From Octopus sinensis (taxonomy: Eukaryota), in contig NC_042997.1 in the NCBI RefSeq assembly GCF_006345805.1, positions 121,706,001 to 121,770,000 on the forward strand: a DNA stretch of 64,000 bases, read 5' to 3'. The translations under genes were made by a program, and so were the position numbers. Positions 12,313 to 27,040 of this stretch are shown here, in pieces (within the stretch, counting starts at the first letter, position 1; each line of letters starts with the position of its first letter). The notes under the pieces are model-generated. The model saw only the letters and a list, made by a program, of their open reading frames with translations, did not search any database and was not told the origin of the DNA.

Positions 12313-15300
12313 TATGTAGGGTAATTACGTGAGTGATCAGTATGAAGATTTTTAGCACTCTTTCATTACTAAATGATAATATTAAAAAAATAGATACAAA
12401 AGTGAATATCGTAGTTTTTTAGTGTTTCTTAATTCGTTAAATTGACCCGTCAATCATATGATTATTTCACTTTTATTACACAGTTTTAGATAAGGCTCTT
12501 ACGAACAACAATGTTTCCTATATATTTCCATTGTTTTACAAGTTACTTTCTGCAATAGCATTTTCATACACTTAACGTTCGGTTGGGTATACATATGTTA
12601 AAGTTATTTTGGCAGCTGAAAATTCGATTGATAAGATGTATAGGAGAAACTGGACTCGAAGATGTAGCGGCATTGAATATATGATTATCATGGCAAAACA
12701 TCTTTTACATAAGGCTGTTATACCATAGTGATCTAAATGAACTACAAGTTTTGAGTGCAGCAGAGTTATAATGACTTATATAAGTTTAAAACTGATCATT
12801 GAGGATTTGCTTGAGTGATAATTCCGTTTGATCTCGCGTTCATTGAGGAGGATGTTTAAATCTATTTATCAATGTTGCTGCATCAATAAGTATAAAGTAA
12901 ATACGAGGGATTGTTTATGTATAGCACAATTGGTAAGATATTGATTTATTTTTAGACATACCGACTAAAGGAGGCGCATGAATCAAAATATGTCAACAAA
13001 ATATGTCGATTTACTGAATTGGTATAGAAATTACAAACAGAAAGATACAAATTCTACATTAGCAAAGCTTTAACTTGGAAGGAATTAGAACGAGATTAGG
13101 TTCTATACGGTATTTAATGTTGTAATATAGCGTCTGTCTGATAATGTTTTTGTTCTGTTTGGCGCGGATATTAACATGTTCAGTGATCGTATCTCACCAG
13201 AGTCGACATTGCTTTCCTTGTATGAATCATTTGAAAATTATTTACGAATAGTATACATGAGAAAATTCTTTCAATTATGCACACATATGAACATACCTTT
13301 CAGTATGTAAACATATGTATGTTAACAAATAAAATTATTATCATGTTTAATGAAATAATTGTGTAAATAACCTTCGCTAAATTAACCATGCTTATACAAT
13401 AAAATACATTTAGATAGACTACATAAAGAAATAAGAGATATGTCTAAATTAAAACTGAAAGCATTGTAATATATAAAACCTTATTCATGAAATGGTCTGA
13501 ACAAATAGAATTCATTTTATAGCGCTATTTACATTAAATTTAATCGGAACTAATCCATTCAGACAAAATTACACTGCAACTGAATTTGATCAACAGTAAA
13601 TGTAACTTTGAGGCTAAAATGTAACTTTTGTAACCACTGTTTTTATTGCATACATTTTCAGTTGGGACTTCAGATTTAGTTTATATTTGCACTAATGAAA
13701 TCCTGATAGTCTTTCAGGACACTACTGATAAAATAGGCCGAGGGGAATTTTGTGACTCGCAAATAAAGGCGTTCAATTACATACGTGTTAAGTTATGTCA
13801 ACAGAACCACTTGACTACTTTGCTATTTCTTTGTGTATTGGGCCTGATACAGTTCACATTTTAATAGGCTTTTCTCAGTAATTTTACTGTACACTATGGT
13901 GTAGGTTATTGTTCAACATCATACGTGTGTGAGTCATTTCTCATTACTTTTCAAAATATATGAACAATAGACCGAGAAATAAAAGCTATTTAATACGATA
14001 CTGTCTGAGCAAAGCAATTATACAAATTGTCGTTGCTTTTAAAATATTTCCCATAAACGTTGGTAATCATTCAGATTAGTTTCATGGGAAAATAGAAATA
14101 TCCAAATAGGTTATTACGTAACTAAAAGCTAACTCTCTCTCCCCAGCGAAATACAATTAATACACATTTAATTCTAATTTACTTTTCCCTCCTAAGTCTG
14201 GAGGAAAGGTTGTGTCAGCTGCCGTAGCAGGGTTCGAAGAACAGTGAGATTGATGACATAAAAGTTCCGTTCGAAAAATGTTATCTTCGAACGAGACACG
14301 AACAAGGTTGGAAATTATATAATTTGATAAATATCATTATACATATTTCAGAGACGAAAATAGCATTAATACATATAATGTCGTTGTAAATTTAAGAGTA
14401 AGAAAGAAAATAGTACGTATAATGTTACCTTAATTTTAATGGAAATTTTAAAGTTATTTAAGATACTTATAAATATACTGGTTTTGCTATTAACAGAAAA
14501 AGGTTATGAAAACTACAAGAAAAAAGCAATCTTTTATGGACATCAATGATTGCAAAACACATTTATGTCTATATCAATATTGCACAAAAAATTATTTATG
14601 TGATTTTAAAGTTTGGATGTAATTTCTTTTATTTTATATCGTAACACTTTTTTAATCTCAACTAAATGTTAATCCAAATTAGAATCTTATACCTAAGAGA
14701 CGCTATTTAAAATTATCATCGCATTTGATGAGATTACAATTTTTCGGACTATTAACTTCATCTTTTCAGATAAAAAGCCTAATTGAGATTCGCAATGTAA
14801 ACATTACAAGTTATTCATCTTTTATATACCTAAAGAGTAGGTTAATAGCCCGAAAAATAATAATCGTATTAACAATGAGTCGTCTGAGACAATAAGATGT
14901 TTTATCATCAGATATTTTATTGTGATACAAACCTGTCTTAATAGTAAGAATGGAGAGATTGGAGAGTTTAATTGAGTTTTTTTTTCTAATTTAAGCTGTA
15001 TTAAATTTGGTTCCAGCACTTATAAAACGTTACGTAAATATACATAAAAAAACTTCTTACATGTTTAAACAATGGTTACTCTCTCCAGAATGATAATGGA
15101 AGTACATCATGCTTTCTATTTACTACAATATATGATATATACTATAATATATAAAGCGTTGTAGTTTGCTTGAAGCATTGCAGTACAGAAGTAGAAAAAT
15201 GAATGACAAGAGATATAAGGAAAGCTTCTAACAATGCAGAAATTTTTTTTAAAATGTCCGAATTATAAAGGTTTTTGAACTTGTAAAGGTTTTTCAACTG

Positions 15301-16252
15301 CATTGTTAAAAGCTTTTCTTATTTCTCATTTCATTCATTTCTTAACTCTAATATATACATTACACTACATCATTCCCAATACTATTTGAACATTTCCCGA
15401 TACACTTGAACATTTCCGTTCTTTCAAAATACCATCTGTTATTCAGTTTCGTCCATAATATTACTTATCATGAGGCATCGGTGTTATCAACTGAACAGAG
15501 TTTACTTTCTTATCATTAAAGTGTCAATCACAAAACAAGAAACTGTTTTCAATTTTCCGTTTTTTACTTTCCTTTTCCTTAATATCTTGCAGATAGGGTT
15601 CTAACACTTACTTCAACAATAAAAGAATTTCATAAAAATATTAAAAATAATTTGTTCAATATTTGATCTAAGTGTAAATGAAATTCGGTTTTCGATGACA
15701 GGGAAGTTAATATACCTTAATTATTTATTGCGATAGATTGATATCAGTGCTCAGAAATATCTTATACAAAATGTCCTCTAAACTTAATTGATGTTTGCGG
15801 CAATGTGATTGCCAAGGAAGAAAATTAGATTTAAAAGGTAGTCTTTGACAACATGTCATTCGTGTAACGAACTTAACCGTATCTTGCCTGATGGATCATT
15901 TTTTAATGGAAAAAAAGTCACTGTAAAGAAAATGAAATGCATTTATTTCATTCTGCCTTATCTGTCAAAATGTCTTAAGCATATGACGGCAACGAAATTA
16001 ACTAAACTTGATAGAAAAGTTTTAGCATGGCATTGCTTCTCATGGAAATACTTCAATACTAATTCATGCAATATGATTGGATTTGGTAACAATTGATAGT
16101 TTAATATCCACCACCAAGTCCCTGTTACATTCGATGAAAGTCGACTAACCTCTGTATTGAAAAGGAAGTTTCCATCTTCTTGGACTGTATATACGCACAC
16201 ACAAAGAGAACTGTATACCTAACCGGAGACTTTCTTATATAAGTAAACAAAT

Positions 16253-16256
<4 letters not shown>

Positions 16257-16309
<53 letters not shown>
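16257..16309. repeat. (CA)n microsatellite
   Basis: Direct reading. Confidence 0.95.
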
Positions 16310-16313
<4 letters not shown>

Positions 16314-17372
16314 TATATATATTTGTATGCCAACAAGATGGAAAACCCTTTTATTTTTTAACTACTTTTGTGTTATGTCCAACGTTCGGATGCCTTCTAC
16401 TCAACTCGACTCTCTCTCTAGTCTGAAATCTGACGTCTAGGCTTCTCCCACTATATCTACGTATTGAGCTAGCCTGCTTCATCGTCTGGGGGCGTCCACA
16501 CAACATTTTTCTTGTTCCTTTCTTTGTTTTCAAATTTCCTTTCTTTGTTTTCAAATTTTTAATTTTTAAATCATTTTTCCAAAAATTAGATATTATTTTT
16601 ATTCCAACACCTATACATGAATACATACTCACTTTTTATAATGCTCCACTTTTGTATCTATCTATAGGCTTGAAATAATGTATTAGAAAACACCCACGAT
16701 TGAAACAGAACAGAAGAAATATTTATAAACACATGGCCTACAAACTTTACCTCCATAAAACCGAAATATTTAAATTCCAACGTATTAATGACATTGCCTA
16801 TAGAACAAAGAAAACCTAGAGAAACAGACAGACCAATAGCCTTTAAACATACCCATGTCCTTTTGTGAACATCAAAGCAAAGGATTAAATCTAATAAAAC
16901 CAAAATAACTAAAACTACTCATATATCTATCACCACCCACCAAAAGGGACACACCTAAATAGGCGTACCTGCTTTCAAAGTTATATATACGTTAATAAAT
17001 TCCAAACAAAAGCATAACCCCAAATTTTATCAATAAAAATTTCTCTCCATAGCAACCGATTCTAAACCTAGCCACCACTCCACTCAAACCCACACACCCA
17101 AGAAAGATCTTAAGTCAACTGAGACTATATAAAGCCAAGATTGATTTCAATGCATTGTAGTCTGACATTGACTCAACTGGCCGAAACTTCGAGGTCATTA
17201 TCGGTAATATTCTAGTTTAAGAATAAAAGATTTGTACTCTGCAAAAGTATGGAGTGGCTCGTCAGATTCGTGTAAAGTTGTTTTTATTATAACTTGAACA
17301 TAAAACAAACATTAACTCATATATGGATATATATATATATATAAATGTGTGTGTGTGTGTGTGGTGTGTGTG

Positions 17373-17446
<74 letters not shown>

Positions 17447-19254
17447 CTAAAGAAGGTACAAAGTAAACTACAAAACGAAAAGCGAACAGAACAAAATTGC
17501 GGTTGTTTTGATAAATTCGTTGCTCAGATGTGCGTGTGTGTGTGTGGTGAGGAGAGGCAGGAGTAGGATGGAAGTGACATGTGCGGACTGATGTTGCTTT
17601 AGCAACATGTATATACATGTATATCCCACCCTTACATACCTACACGTACATGCACAGCTACATCGTGATTATTTCGTAGATTCGATATCAGTCAATGTAA
17701 ACAATTTGAACAAACAGGCCAACGATGGAGCATCTGTGTATTTGAGCAGCTAGCAAGAAGGTGAATTGAAATTGCGTCGATACATCGCATAAAGGACACA
17801 TCGCATAATGTAATTCCTGACAACCGATACTAAATAAAAGAAGGGATCTTCATAGGACTATCCACTCAAGACTTTCGTGGCATTCAGTAACGACATTTGA
17901 AGTAATAATTAGAAGCATATAGCTATACAAATGTAACGTTCAACGGAAAGTACTACGTGCTAAGAAAAAATATAAGATAATCCAAAGGAAACAAACAGTT
18001 ATACACGTTGAATACCCAGTTGTATAAAATAGTTCTCCCGCATGCGTAAGATCAACTAGGAATATTCTTTACTGATATTATTAAAACACTCTAGAGTAAA
18101 ATATATTATGTTGTTAGTTCATCGAGGTTTCATAGTTTCAGACATATCATTGAAGAATGATGTGTCTATTAGTGTCTTCCATTGGTATATCACCTTTCTT
18201 TGTTTAAGGAATAACTATTTCATTTAAATATTTATTTCACGTAAATAACTATTTCATTTGAATATGTTGTCACTCAAGGAAAAGTACAGATGTGGTAGCG
18301 TTTACCAGAAAAAAAAAACTCTTTTCAAATGCAATTTCCTACCTCAATGAGCAAAGTAAAATTTCATCTATCTATACTAGTATTTAGAAAGAAATCAGAA
18401 TACATTATATAAATAGATACTAAACATCTATCTAAAATATATTTGACCTACTTAGCAAGTTCAAGAATTAGTTACTATATATAAGAAGGTCCAGTAACAT
18501 TATGATTATTAAAACATACTTTGTATAGACAATCGTTGGGACTAAAGATTTCCATCGGTTAAGATACTCCATCTGGTCTATATACATCATACAGACACAA
18601 TTAGTTAGATTACTCTTCCAAACACATAATTATAGACCACCTACTAATAGCTCACAAAATGAGAACGTGACAAATATTCAATTTCCAATTAATATCATTT
18701 CCCAATATTTTAACCAATAAAATTTCAGAGAAAGTTATACGAATAATGCTTATCATTATTTTTTTTTTCTTAATAATACAGAAGGTATATTGGCTTTTCT
18801 GTATGAAATCAATTTCCTTCTTCGCTTGGTACATTCAACATCATTTTGTTGCCTGATGTATTCGACAAGGGAAAAAATATCCAAAAAGTTTATAAAATAG
18901 AATTTTAGGGGGAAAAAAACGTATTCTCTTTAATTCTGGCGTCATGATTCAAACGTCTTATACATACATATGCTGGAGACAAGAACAAGAAAAGAACGTT
19001 ATTAAAAAGAAACGACCTATATTTTGTAGTCTGAGTCTAAATAAAAAATAATTATTCATGTGGAAGATTTGATGAAACTTTTATTTCTGATTCTCTCAAT
19101 TTCATCTGAAACTTGTAACATTAAGTTATGGTGGTGGTAGTGGTGGAGATGTTGGTGGTGGTAGTTGTGGTAGTGTTGAAGAGAATAACACCAAGAAAAG
19201 AAATATAATTCTCTCTTACTTTCTTCCTATGCATTCTCCCTTTTCTCCTCGCTC

Positions 19255-19257
19255 ATT

Positions 19258-19320
<63 letters not shown>

Positions 19321-19326
19321 AATATA

Positions 19327-19386
<60 letters not shown>

Positions 19387-19904
19387 TATATTATTGTGTG
19401 TGTGTGTATGCGCGCGTGTGCTTTACTGCGCGTATGTGTATGCTTATGCGTGTGTGGTTGTTGATCTGATAATGTTTTCTTGCTCATTCTCAAACTCCTA
19501 AAGATTGCTCACTTTCTCTACCATATATATATATATATAAGTGTATATATGTGCATACATAAGTGTGTATATATATGTATATATGTAAGGATATATATAT
19601 ATAAGTACACGCATACACATATACATATATACCTGCATTTATACATACATATATACGTACGTCTGTACAAACATGTGTGCGTGTGTGTATGTCTGTGAGT
19701 GTGTGTGTGTATGTGTGTGTATGACCAGCATGAAATAAAAATTTAAAAATACACTGCAAAGACAACTGAAAACGTGCACTTTTATCATAAAACTCATACG
19801 GTTTTGACCTCGATATAAAACTTCAGCGAAAATTACAAAATGTAAGAGAACTATATAAAAAAAGAACTTATCAAAAATATAGATACACACACATACTTAC
19901 AAAC

Positions 19905-19958
<54 letters not shown>

Positions 19959-20233
19959 ACACACATACGTAGACCGCAAAAGGAGAGAGATGGATGGACA
20001 AAGAACTTTCAAGAGAGAGTGAATTAAAAATGTGTATGTACGTATGTTTCCATCTATTTATACATGCATATGTATCTATACACACATTTACGTATGCATA
20101 TATGCCTATGTACACATATGCACACACGCACACACGCATGTATATATACATACAAACATACATACATATATGAATGTGTTTGTGTACATATATATTATAT
20201 ATATATATATATATATAATATATATATATATAC

Positions 20234-20266
<33 letters not shown>

Positions 20267-20290
20267 TGTATGTATGTATGTATGTATATG
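19255..20290. repeat. Cluster of (TA)n, (CA)n and (TATG)n microsatellites
   Basis: Direct reading; source of the IY/VC-repeat ORFs in the track. Confidence 0.9.
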
Positions 20291-21234
20291 GAGAGGCAGA
20301 GAAGGTGAAAGTGATGCGCAAGAGAGTTTGAAATAGAAACAGGCAAGGCCGTGAGAGAAAAGTCACACATAAAGTAGAGTAATAAAAACTTTCTTGCTAC
20401 TATTAACAACTAGTCGGAGGGAAGATTAGAAAGATCTCTGTACTTTGATCAGTAGACGATAACTGCCCTAGGTCGCCAAATACATGTGTTATTGATTCGC
20501 TTCTACGTAGGCAAACAAATAATTATCCGATAAGGCATGTAACTGGTTACAAAAGCCATAAATAACGCTGATAATGCGAGATGGAAAGAAGGAAGTCTGT
20601 TCGGAAAGTAGATGTGTACAATTTAAATATACACCAATCCCTAGTTGGTCTTTGTTATTCTAATGCGCTTTTGCTCTTTTACGTTCTTTCTTAGGTTCCC
20701 CACATATTTTTCTCTCTCTTTCTCTTTCTCTCATTCCTCTGTCATTTTAGGTTTGCTTATCGTTATCTCCAGCGTTTATCACTGCAGACAATACCACAAC
20801 GAGCAGTTATGAATTATATATTAAAATGCACGAACAGAAATACTTCCGAAGGCACACCTCACAATCATACAAACACATACATTCAGACGTTGGTCTTTAT
20901 CTATGTGTACGTATGTGGTGTATGTATATGTAAATGTGTTCGTGTGTAATATATCAAATATATGAAGATACTATAAGCGATAACAAACAAGAAGATAAAG
21001 ACAAGCCGCTTACATCAAAATAATGCTAAATGTATTAAATATTCTCTCTGGCGTTATTATCATGTTTCTAGAGGCCGCACGTTCATAGCAATACAGCCCT
21101 ACAATTCTCCTTCCTCGACATACGGTAGAAAGACTTGTATCGTAAAACACATAACAGATACACACTCACACGCACACGCGCGCGCACACACATATATGTA
21201 TGTATATGTGAGTGTGTGTGTGTATGCGAATACT

Positions 21235-21540
21235 CATGGCCATGCGGTTAGCGTATTCGGCTCACTATTGTAAGGTGGTAGGTTCGATTAACGGAACTAC
21301 GTTGTATCTTTGAGCAAGGTACTGCATATCACGTTTCTTCAGTCTACTCTGCAGGCAAACTCGAATTCAAATTGCAATTCAATGGGCGGGCTTGTCACAT
21401 TCTGTGCTACGCTGATACTCACACAGAACAACGTGTAGGATGCGCGTGTCTGTGGAGTTCTCAGCCACTTGTACGTTAATTACACAGGCAGGTCGTTTCA
21501 TTCATCGGACCAAGTCGAATACTCGCCGTCATGATCTTTC
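21235..21540 (+). mobile_element. tRNA-derived SINE, family C
   Basis: gcggttagcgtattcggctcac...ggttcgatt, with 3' part gtctgtggagttctcagccacttgtacgttaatt shared with 26745-27040. Confidence 0.7.
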
Positions 21541-22155
21541 TGCTGCTAAAGTAATCTTTAATAACCATATCACCAAATATAATCAAGCGCTATGTTGCCT
21601 AACACCAAGCTTAAGAATTACTTAGCGCAGGTAAATCCTGTTTCTAAGCTCTCCAAAACCATGAACATAACAATCCCCACTAGAGATAGAAACACATCCT
21701 AATCCTCTATCCTATAGAAAACAACTTACGTAACACGTCCAATCTTTTCGTTCTAAGCCCAAGAGAACTCATACCTTATACAATCCTTGGCATAGAAATG
21801 TATCGCAGTTACCCATAAAGAACTTGGATACCATTCTCCGTAGATTACCTGATAAAAGTGGGGAGAGAAATGGGATTTGGTATACACTCCACATTTCTTT
21901 AAATGTTAAGGGTCTACCTTAGCAATTCTTGGCCATTATTAAATCCAGTTTCCTACCTCGGCAAAAGTACCACTCAATCTTTAACTTATGCTCTCTTAAA
22001 TTATTATATTTTACTACAGCTTATATCGGATCAATTATAGCTGCATCAGATAGGCGGATATTTAACAGATTTAATTCACAAACCATGACTAGGGTACACA
22101 GCGCTGCGATAGGTAGTGCAGTGAAATGAAAGCAAGTGATAAAAATAAAACTACA

Positions 22156-22275
<120 letters not shown>

Positions 22276-22830
22276 TGGCCACGAACTGGAGAGTAAACCT
22301 TAGGAATGTGCAAGTGTCTCAGCTGTGCCACATCTGCAATAACTTGGATGAAATCATTACTCATATCACGAACGAATGCCTTAGATTTGCCGCATATTAC
22401 TATAAGTTGTGGTGACACGACTAGGCAGCGAAAGTGCTACATTAGAAACTGTGCGAAAAGTGGAGGGGATAGAGAGAGGCAGAATTTGGCGGAGTCGGGG
22501 ACTAGCAAAATCCTCTGTGATTTCCCAATCCAAACAGATCAGGTGCTAGAGCATAGCAGACCGGACCTAGTGGTGGTGGACAAGGTGTAACACATACGCT
22601 ATTTGTTGATTTTGCATGCCCTTTTGACCCACGAATAATCAAGAAGGAAGGCGAAAACATAGATAGATAGAACCTTTTAAGTACGAAATTTGGCCAGAAT
22701 AATCAGGAAAGTACTAGATAGTAGAAAAGAAGTAATACTGTAGACCACAGGTAGTAAGCCCACTATGCATGCAAGACTCTAGAGGTCCAGCAAAACCAGT
22801 GATAAAGAGATATTAATGATAATAAAGCTT
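22276..22830 (+). mobile_element. 5'-truncated non-LTR retrotransposon with a restriction-like endonuclease (R4/Dong-type)
   Basis: CCHC knuckle (CHICNNLDEIITHITNEC), ILCDFPIQTDQVLEHSRPDLVVVDK, then VDFACPFD and C-terminal ARIIRKVLD; contains frameshifts. Confidence 0.8.
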
Positions 22831-25800
22831 TGATACAACCAAGTATCGATATTCAGCACATTTAAGTTCTTCACAGTAAGTCTAATCTACTTCTTCAGTG
22901 GACCACATGCATTACCGATGGGATAAACACCATGTGCTATAACTCGGCCCATTATTGAGTTGGGTTCTCCATACGAAGATCAAAATGTTCTCTGGTTATG
23001 CTTGAAGGAATCTTTACAAATACTGTTACATAAGCCAACACAATTACTAAACAAACAATATGGAACGTTTTCCTTTTGTGTTCATAAATTGTTTGAGAGA
23101 TTTTGATTTTATCACAAATCTAAATGCAGCCACACGTGTACCATTGTATAACCCTGTTACTCATTAATTCCTCTGAAACATAGTTGACATAAGACTTAAT
23201 CTTATTTAATTAAACTAATACATTTACTTTATCGTATATTATTTTACTTTTCTGTGTTAACTTGTCGTACAATATTTCATTTTTGGATTTGGTTTGCAAG
23301 ATTCTTTATATGAGTTCGTGTGTCGAAGCCTATTCTGTTGTGTCTGTGGAGAGTCATTTTCTTTTTGTGCCTTATAATGTAACACACTCACCGAAAATAA
23401 GGATAAGAAATAAGTGGAAATTTTGTCGTATAATATTTTCTTTACATTTTCTCTCATCACCTGATTTATATTATTACTTATTTAAATTAGACATTTGTTA
23501 AATTAAATTAATATATTTACTTTATTTTGTTTAATGTAAATTATTTATTCTAATTTAGTTTATTTTATTTATCTTAATACATTATACTTCACCTTATCGA
23601 ATCTAGAGTAGGTATTCTATTCTAACTTGTTACCCGAAATCGCAAACTTTTTGTTTTATATAGTTTTCGGCTCGAAGTAATCGTTTGTGTCACACTCTTT
23701 GACAGCCTGCCTTGGTTGTGCTAAAAACCCTAATCAACAGAACTGAGAACTATTCCGTTTTACTGCGAGTTACAATAAGCACTACTAAAATGATCTCAGT
23801 TCTTCAGAGCAAATTGGTCTTGTACCTTCTCCCCTCATGCAATCTCGACTCATTCACGTCTTCACCTCACGTTCATCCTTGTTGACTACATTTCCAGTCC
23901 TTCACTATTCCTTACACTCAGTCCATTCTCTTTAGATTGTTAGTAATCTAGAACCTTCTACTTGGTCAAGCCTTTCTGACAGTGAAACGAAACATTACTG
24001 ACATCAATCACTCCGATTTCGAAGGAATTGAAGATAGAATCAGTCCCACTCTTTCGCCAGTTTCAACAAATAAAAAGAAGCTAGTAGAAGCAATTGTGAA
24101 GCTCCAGTCTATATCTCCGCTCAATTCAGACTCTAGATTTTGGTCAAGCTTTAGCAAAGTTAAGGTAGAAGATACCCGGGAGCCGCATGAGGAACAGAGA
24201 GAGACAGAAGAGGAAAAAATGGAAGATAAAACAGAATGGGAAACCAATGTAAAAGAAAGAAGAGAAAAAGAAAGTCAAGTTGTAATGAACCCCAACCCAC
24301 CCCAGCACCACCCAAACCCTCTTCGTCCCACTCTTCCCCTCCAGACACAAAGCGTACCCATTCCAACAAGAAAACAAAAAATAGACTCACAGAACAACTG
24401 ACAAAATCTCCTCCCATAATGCATGCTATAAGTGTATTAGAAGACGAGGACCTGTTGGAAATATTGAGGGAGAGGGCGGAACTTGAATTGTCGGATAGTT
24501 GGAATGAGGAAGGGTGTATGGAAATACTTTTTATAGTAGAACAAGTAAGAGAATTTGAAGATGAACTGATTAATATTTGGGTCAATAAGAAAGGAGATAA
24601 ACTCGGACAATAAAGAAGAACTACAAAAACGGTCGGAGTGAAAATAAGAGACTATGTATTTTTCGAAGGACTATAAGAAGAGGACATATGAAAAGAGGAC
24701 AGGTAAGTGATGTTATCCGATGAGGGCGGGTAACATTGCTTTCATCTTTCATTTTCACCCTCTCGTTTTTATCATGCGTTTTATTGGGTTTTTTTTTTCA
24801 TTTTATGTCCCCAACGTGTTGTTTGTGTATATTCTTTGTCAGCCCGTCTTATGTAATAAAGAAATTAGAATTGTTAGCCGGCCGGACTGGCATTTTGTCT
24901 GTTTTATGTTCTAATTCCACCGAAGTCGACAACATAAGCACCAGTTGAGCTCTGTCGATGTAATCGGCTTAGACCCTGCTTGAAATTGTTGGCCTTATAC
25001 CAAAAATTTTATATAATTATTTCTTGTTCTAAATTTTCTATGTTTTAAAGTATTTTAAACTTTCTATTCTATTTCCTTAAATGTTTAGCCTATCAATTGT
25101 ATAATATCCTCACTACTTTTGTTTCTCTAACACTTTGCTCGTAGTAATACGTACACTGGAACTTCATTTTTTCTTGATCTTTATTGCGCATTTCATTGGA
25201 TGTTTTGAGCAACATTGCAAGTAGCATAATCTGTTGTCGTTGTCTGGGGGTGGCGGCGGCGTTCATTGGTTGTTTTGTTGTTGGAGTGACAAGACGTGTC
25301 TTTTCGAACTCTGACATTTTTGGATTCCCCACATCTAACTGAAAACAAAGAAAAAAGAAAGAATCCCTCAAAATCTCAATGTTTTGGATTATTTTACAAA
25401 CAACGGATTTTACAACAAAGTGGCATTTATATTTTGCGACAGACTTTCAAGGTTCGTATTTTAATCCATTTTATTTATTTATTTCTATTCTGTTTTCTTT
25501 CCTTTTGGTTTTACAAACAACGACATTAAAAATATAATGGTCGGACACACCCCACTAGAAAATATGCGAACACAATGTGATAAAGAAAGAAAGACAAATG
25601 GAACGCAAATGGGATACAGTAATTTAAAATAGGCACATAGATATAAAATATGACCCGTCAATAATACAGAAAATATTGCACAATATGATAACAACAGCGC
25701 TATCATTGCTAGCCCTAACTAAGAGGCACAGTATTTCTACAGCAAAAGTACTGACATTGCAAATAGGATTCAGTTTTGTCCGCTACAAAAGGCAGGTGGA

Positions 25801-26190
25801 TACCTTTGATACGAGAAATTTCGCTGTGGTAAGTGACGCTTGGATGCGCAACGTCACTCTAAACTGCACATCTTTACTCGAACAGTTTGTGCAACAGCGA
25901 GCAAAGAGCATGATTATCTATGTGCACGAGTGTGTGTTTCTGGATTACTTTTATGACTGTGAAAGCCTCCGGTTACCTCAAAAACACTTAGTGGAATATC
26001 TTTTAATGAAACAAGAGAAAATTCTCGGTTTGTTGTGATAAGGGATGCGTGTCTGAAGATGCGATTTACTGATCCGAAAAGGAATCCCAAAAATAAGTTG
26101 AAATAAAAAGATAGATCCGTTAATGTAAATGTGTTCCAGTATTTACAACAGAGTAACAGAAAAGAGTGATTCCGGATCACAGGAAAAATA

Positions 26191-26525
26191 GGTACTACTA
26201 GCGAACAGTGGTCCCGGTGCGCGAACTTGCGCATCCGCGCTAGCTAGTCGTAAGTAGTCGATCCTACAACGACTTGCGCGTATGTTTGTATTTCAAGGCT
26301 GAATACATATAAAAGAAAATTAAATAATATTTTTCGAACAAAGTAAATAAAACGCAAAGTAAATCATTTTTAAAACTAAGTAAATGAATTATTTTTATAA
26401 ACAAACTAAGCTTAGGGTTAGGTTTAAAAAATTAGGTTTTGGGTTAGGGTTAAAAAGTCGCTGTAAGATCGACTACTTATGACTAGCTAGCGCGCGCACC
26501 GGGATCACTGTTCGCTAGAAGTACC
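26191..26525. mobile_element. Non-autonomous Mutator/foldback-type element with 9-bp TSD GGAAAAATA
   Basis: GGTAC...GTACC termini, long TIRs, and direct repeat GGAAAAATA at 26182-26190 and 26526-26534; internal TTAGGG-like motifs. Confidence 0.8.
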
Positions 26526-26744
26526 GGAAAAATATTGATTACTTCTGCGTTGTAACATTTGCTTTGCAGTTTTGCTAGTTAGTCGGTGAAGAGGGAACGA
26601 ATAGTGACACGTGGTTAGTTGGGTTCAAGATGGACAAGATCATTGTGGAATTGTAGCAAGCGAAGGTGCTGAAACCAATGACATGATGCTAATTAGGCAG
26701 AGCTAAGGACCCAGTAGTCGTAGTTACAATAAAAAGAAATTGAT

Positions 26745-27040
26745 GGCGCGTAGTTTTTGTATCAGGTTCACAACAGTTCAATATCTGTCGGTGAGTTTTG
26801 TCCTTTAGCAAGACAATTTATTTCATGTGGCTCTATTCAACTCAGCTGCCAAAAAATGAGTTCTACTCGTAATTCAAAGAGCTAGCCTTGTCACATATGT
26901 CCCTCTGAATCTTCCTGAAAACTAACTAAAGAGTACGCGTATCTGTGGAGCGCTCAACCACTTGCACGTTAATTTTACGAACAGGCCGTTTCGTTGATCG
27001 GATCTACTCGAACCCCCGTCCTCGCAACCGACGGAGCGCC
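26745..27040 (+). mobile_element. SINE family C, diverged
   Basis: 3' part tatctgtggagcgctcaaccacttgcacgttaattttacgaacaggccgtttcgttgatcggatc matches the copy at 21235. Confidence 0.65.

Noticed and set aside
13718-13790. Plus-strand tctttcag| followed by DTTDKIGRGEFCDSQIKAFNYIRV
   Set aside because: No convincing donor, no recognisable domain and no partner exons.
15845-16096. 83-aa non-repetitive ORF
   Set aside because: TTG start, no motif and no splice context.
17680-17762. Exon-like ttatttcgtag|...AG|gtgaat segment near GT repeats
   Set aside because: Peptide unrecognisable and no supporting neighbours.
26411-26452. TTAGGG motifs as an interstitial telomere
   Set aside because: Only a few degenerate units, and they are internal to a TIR element.
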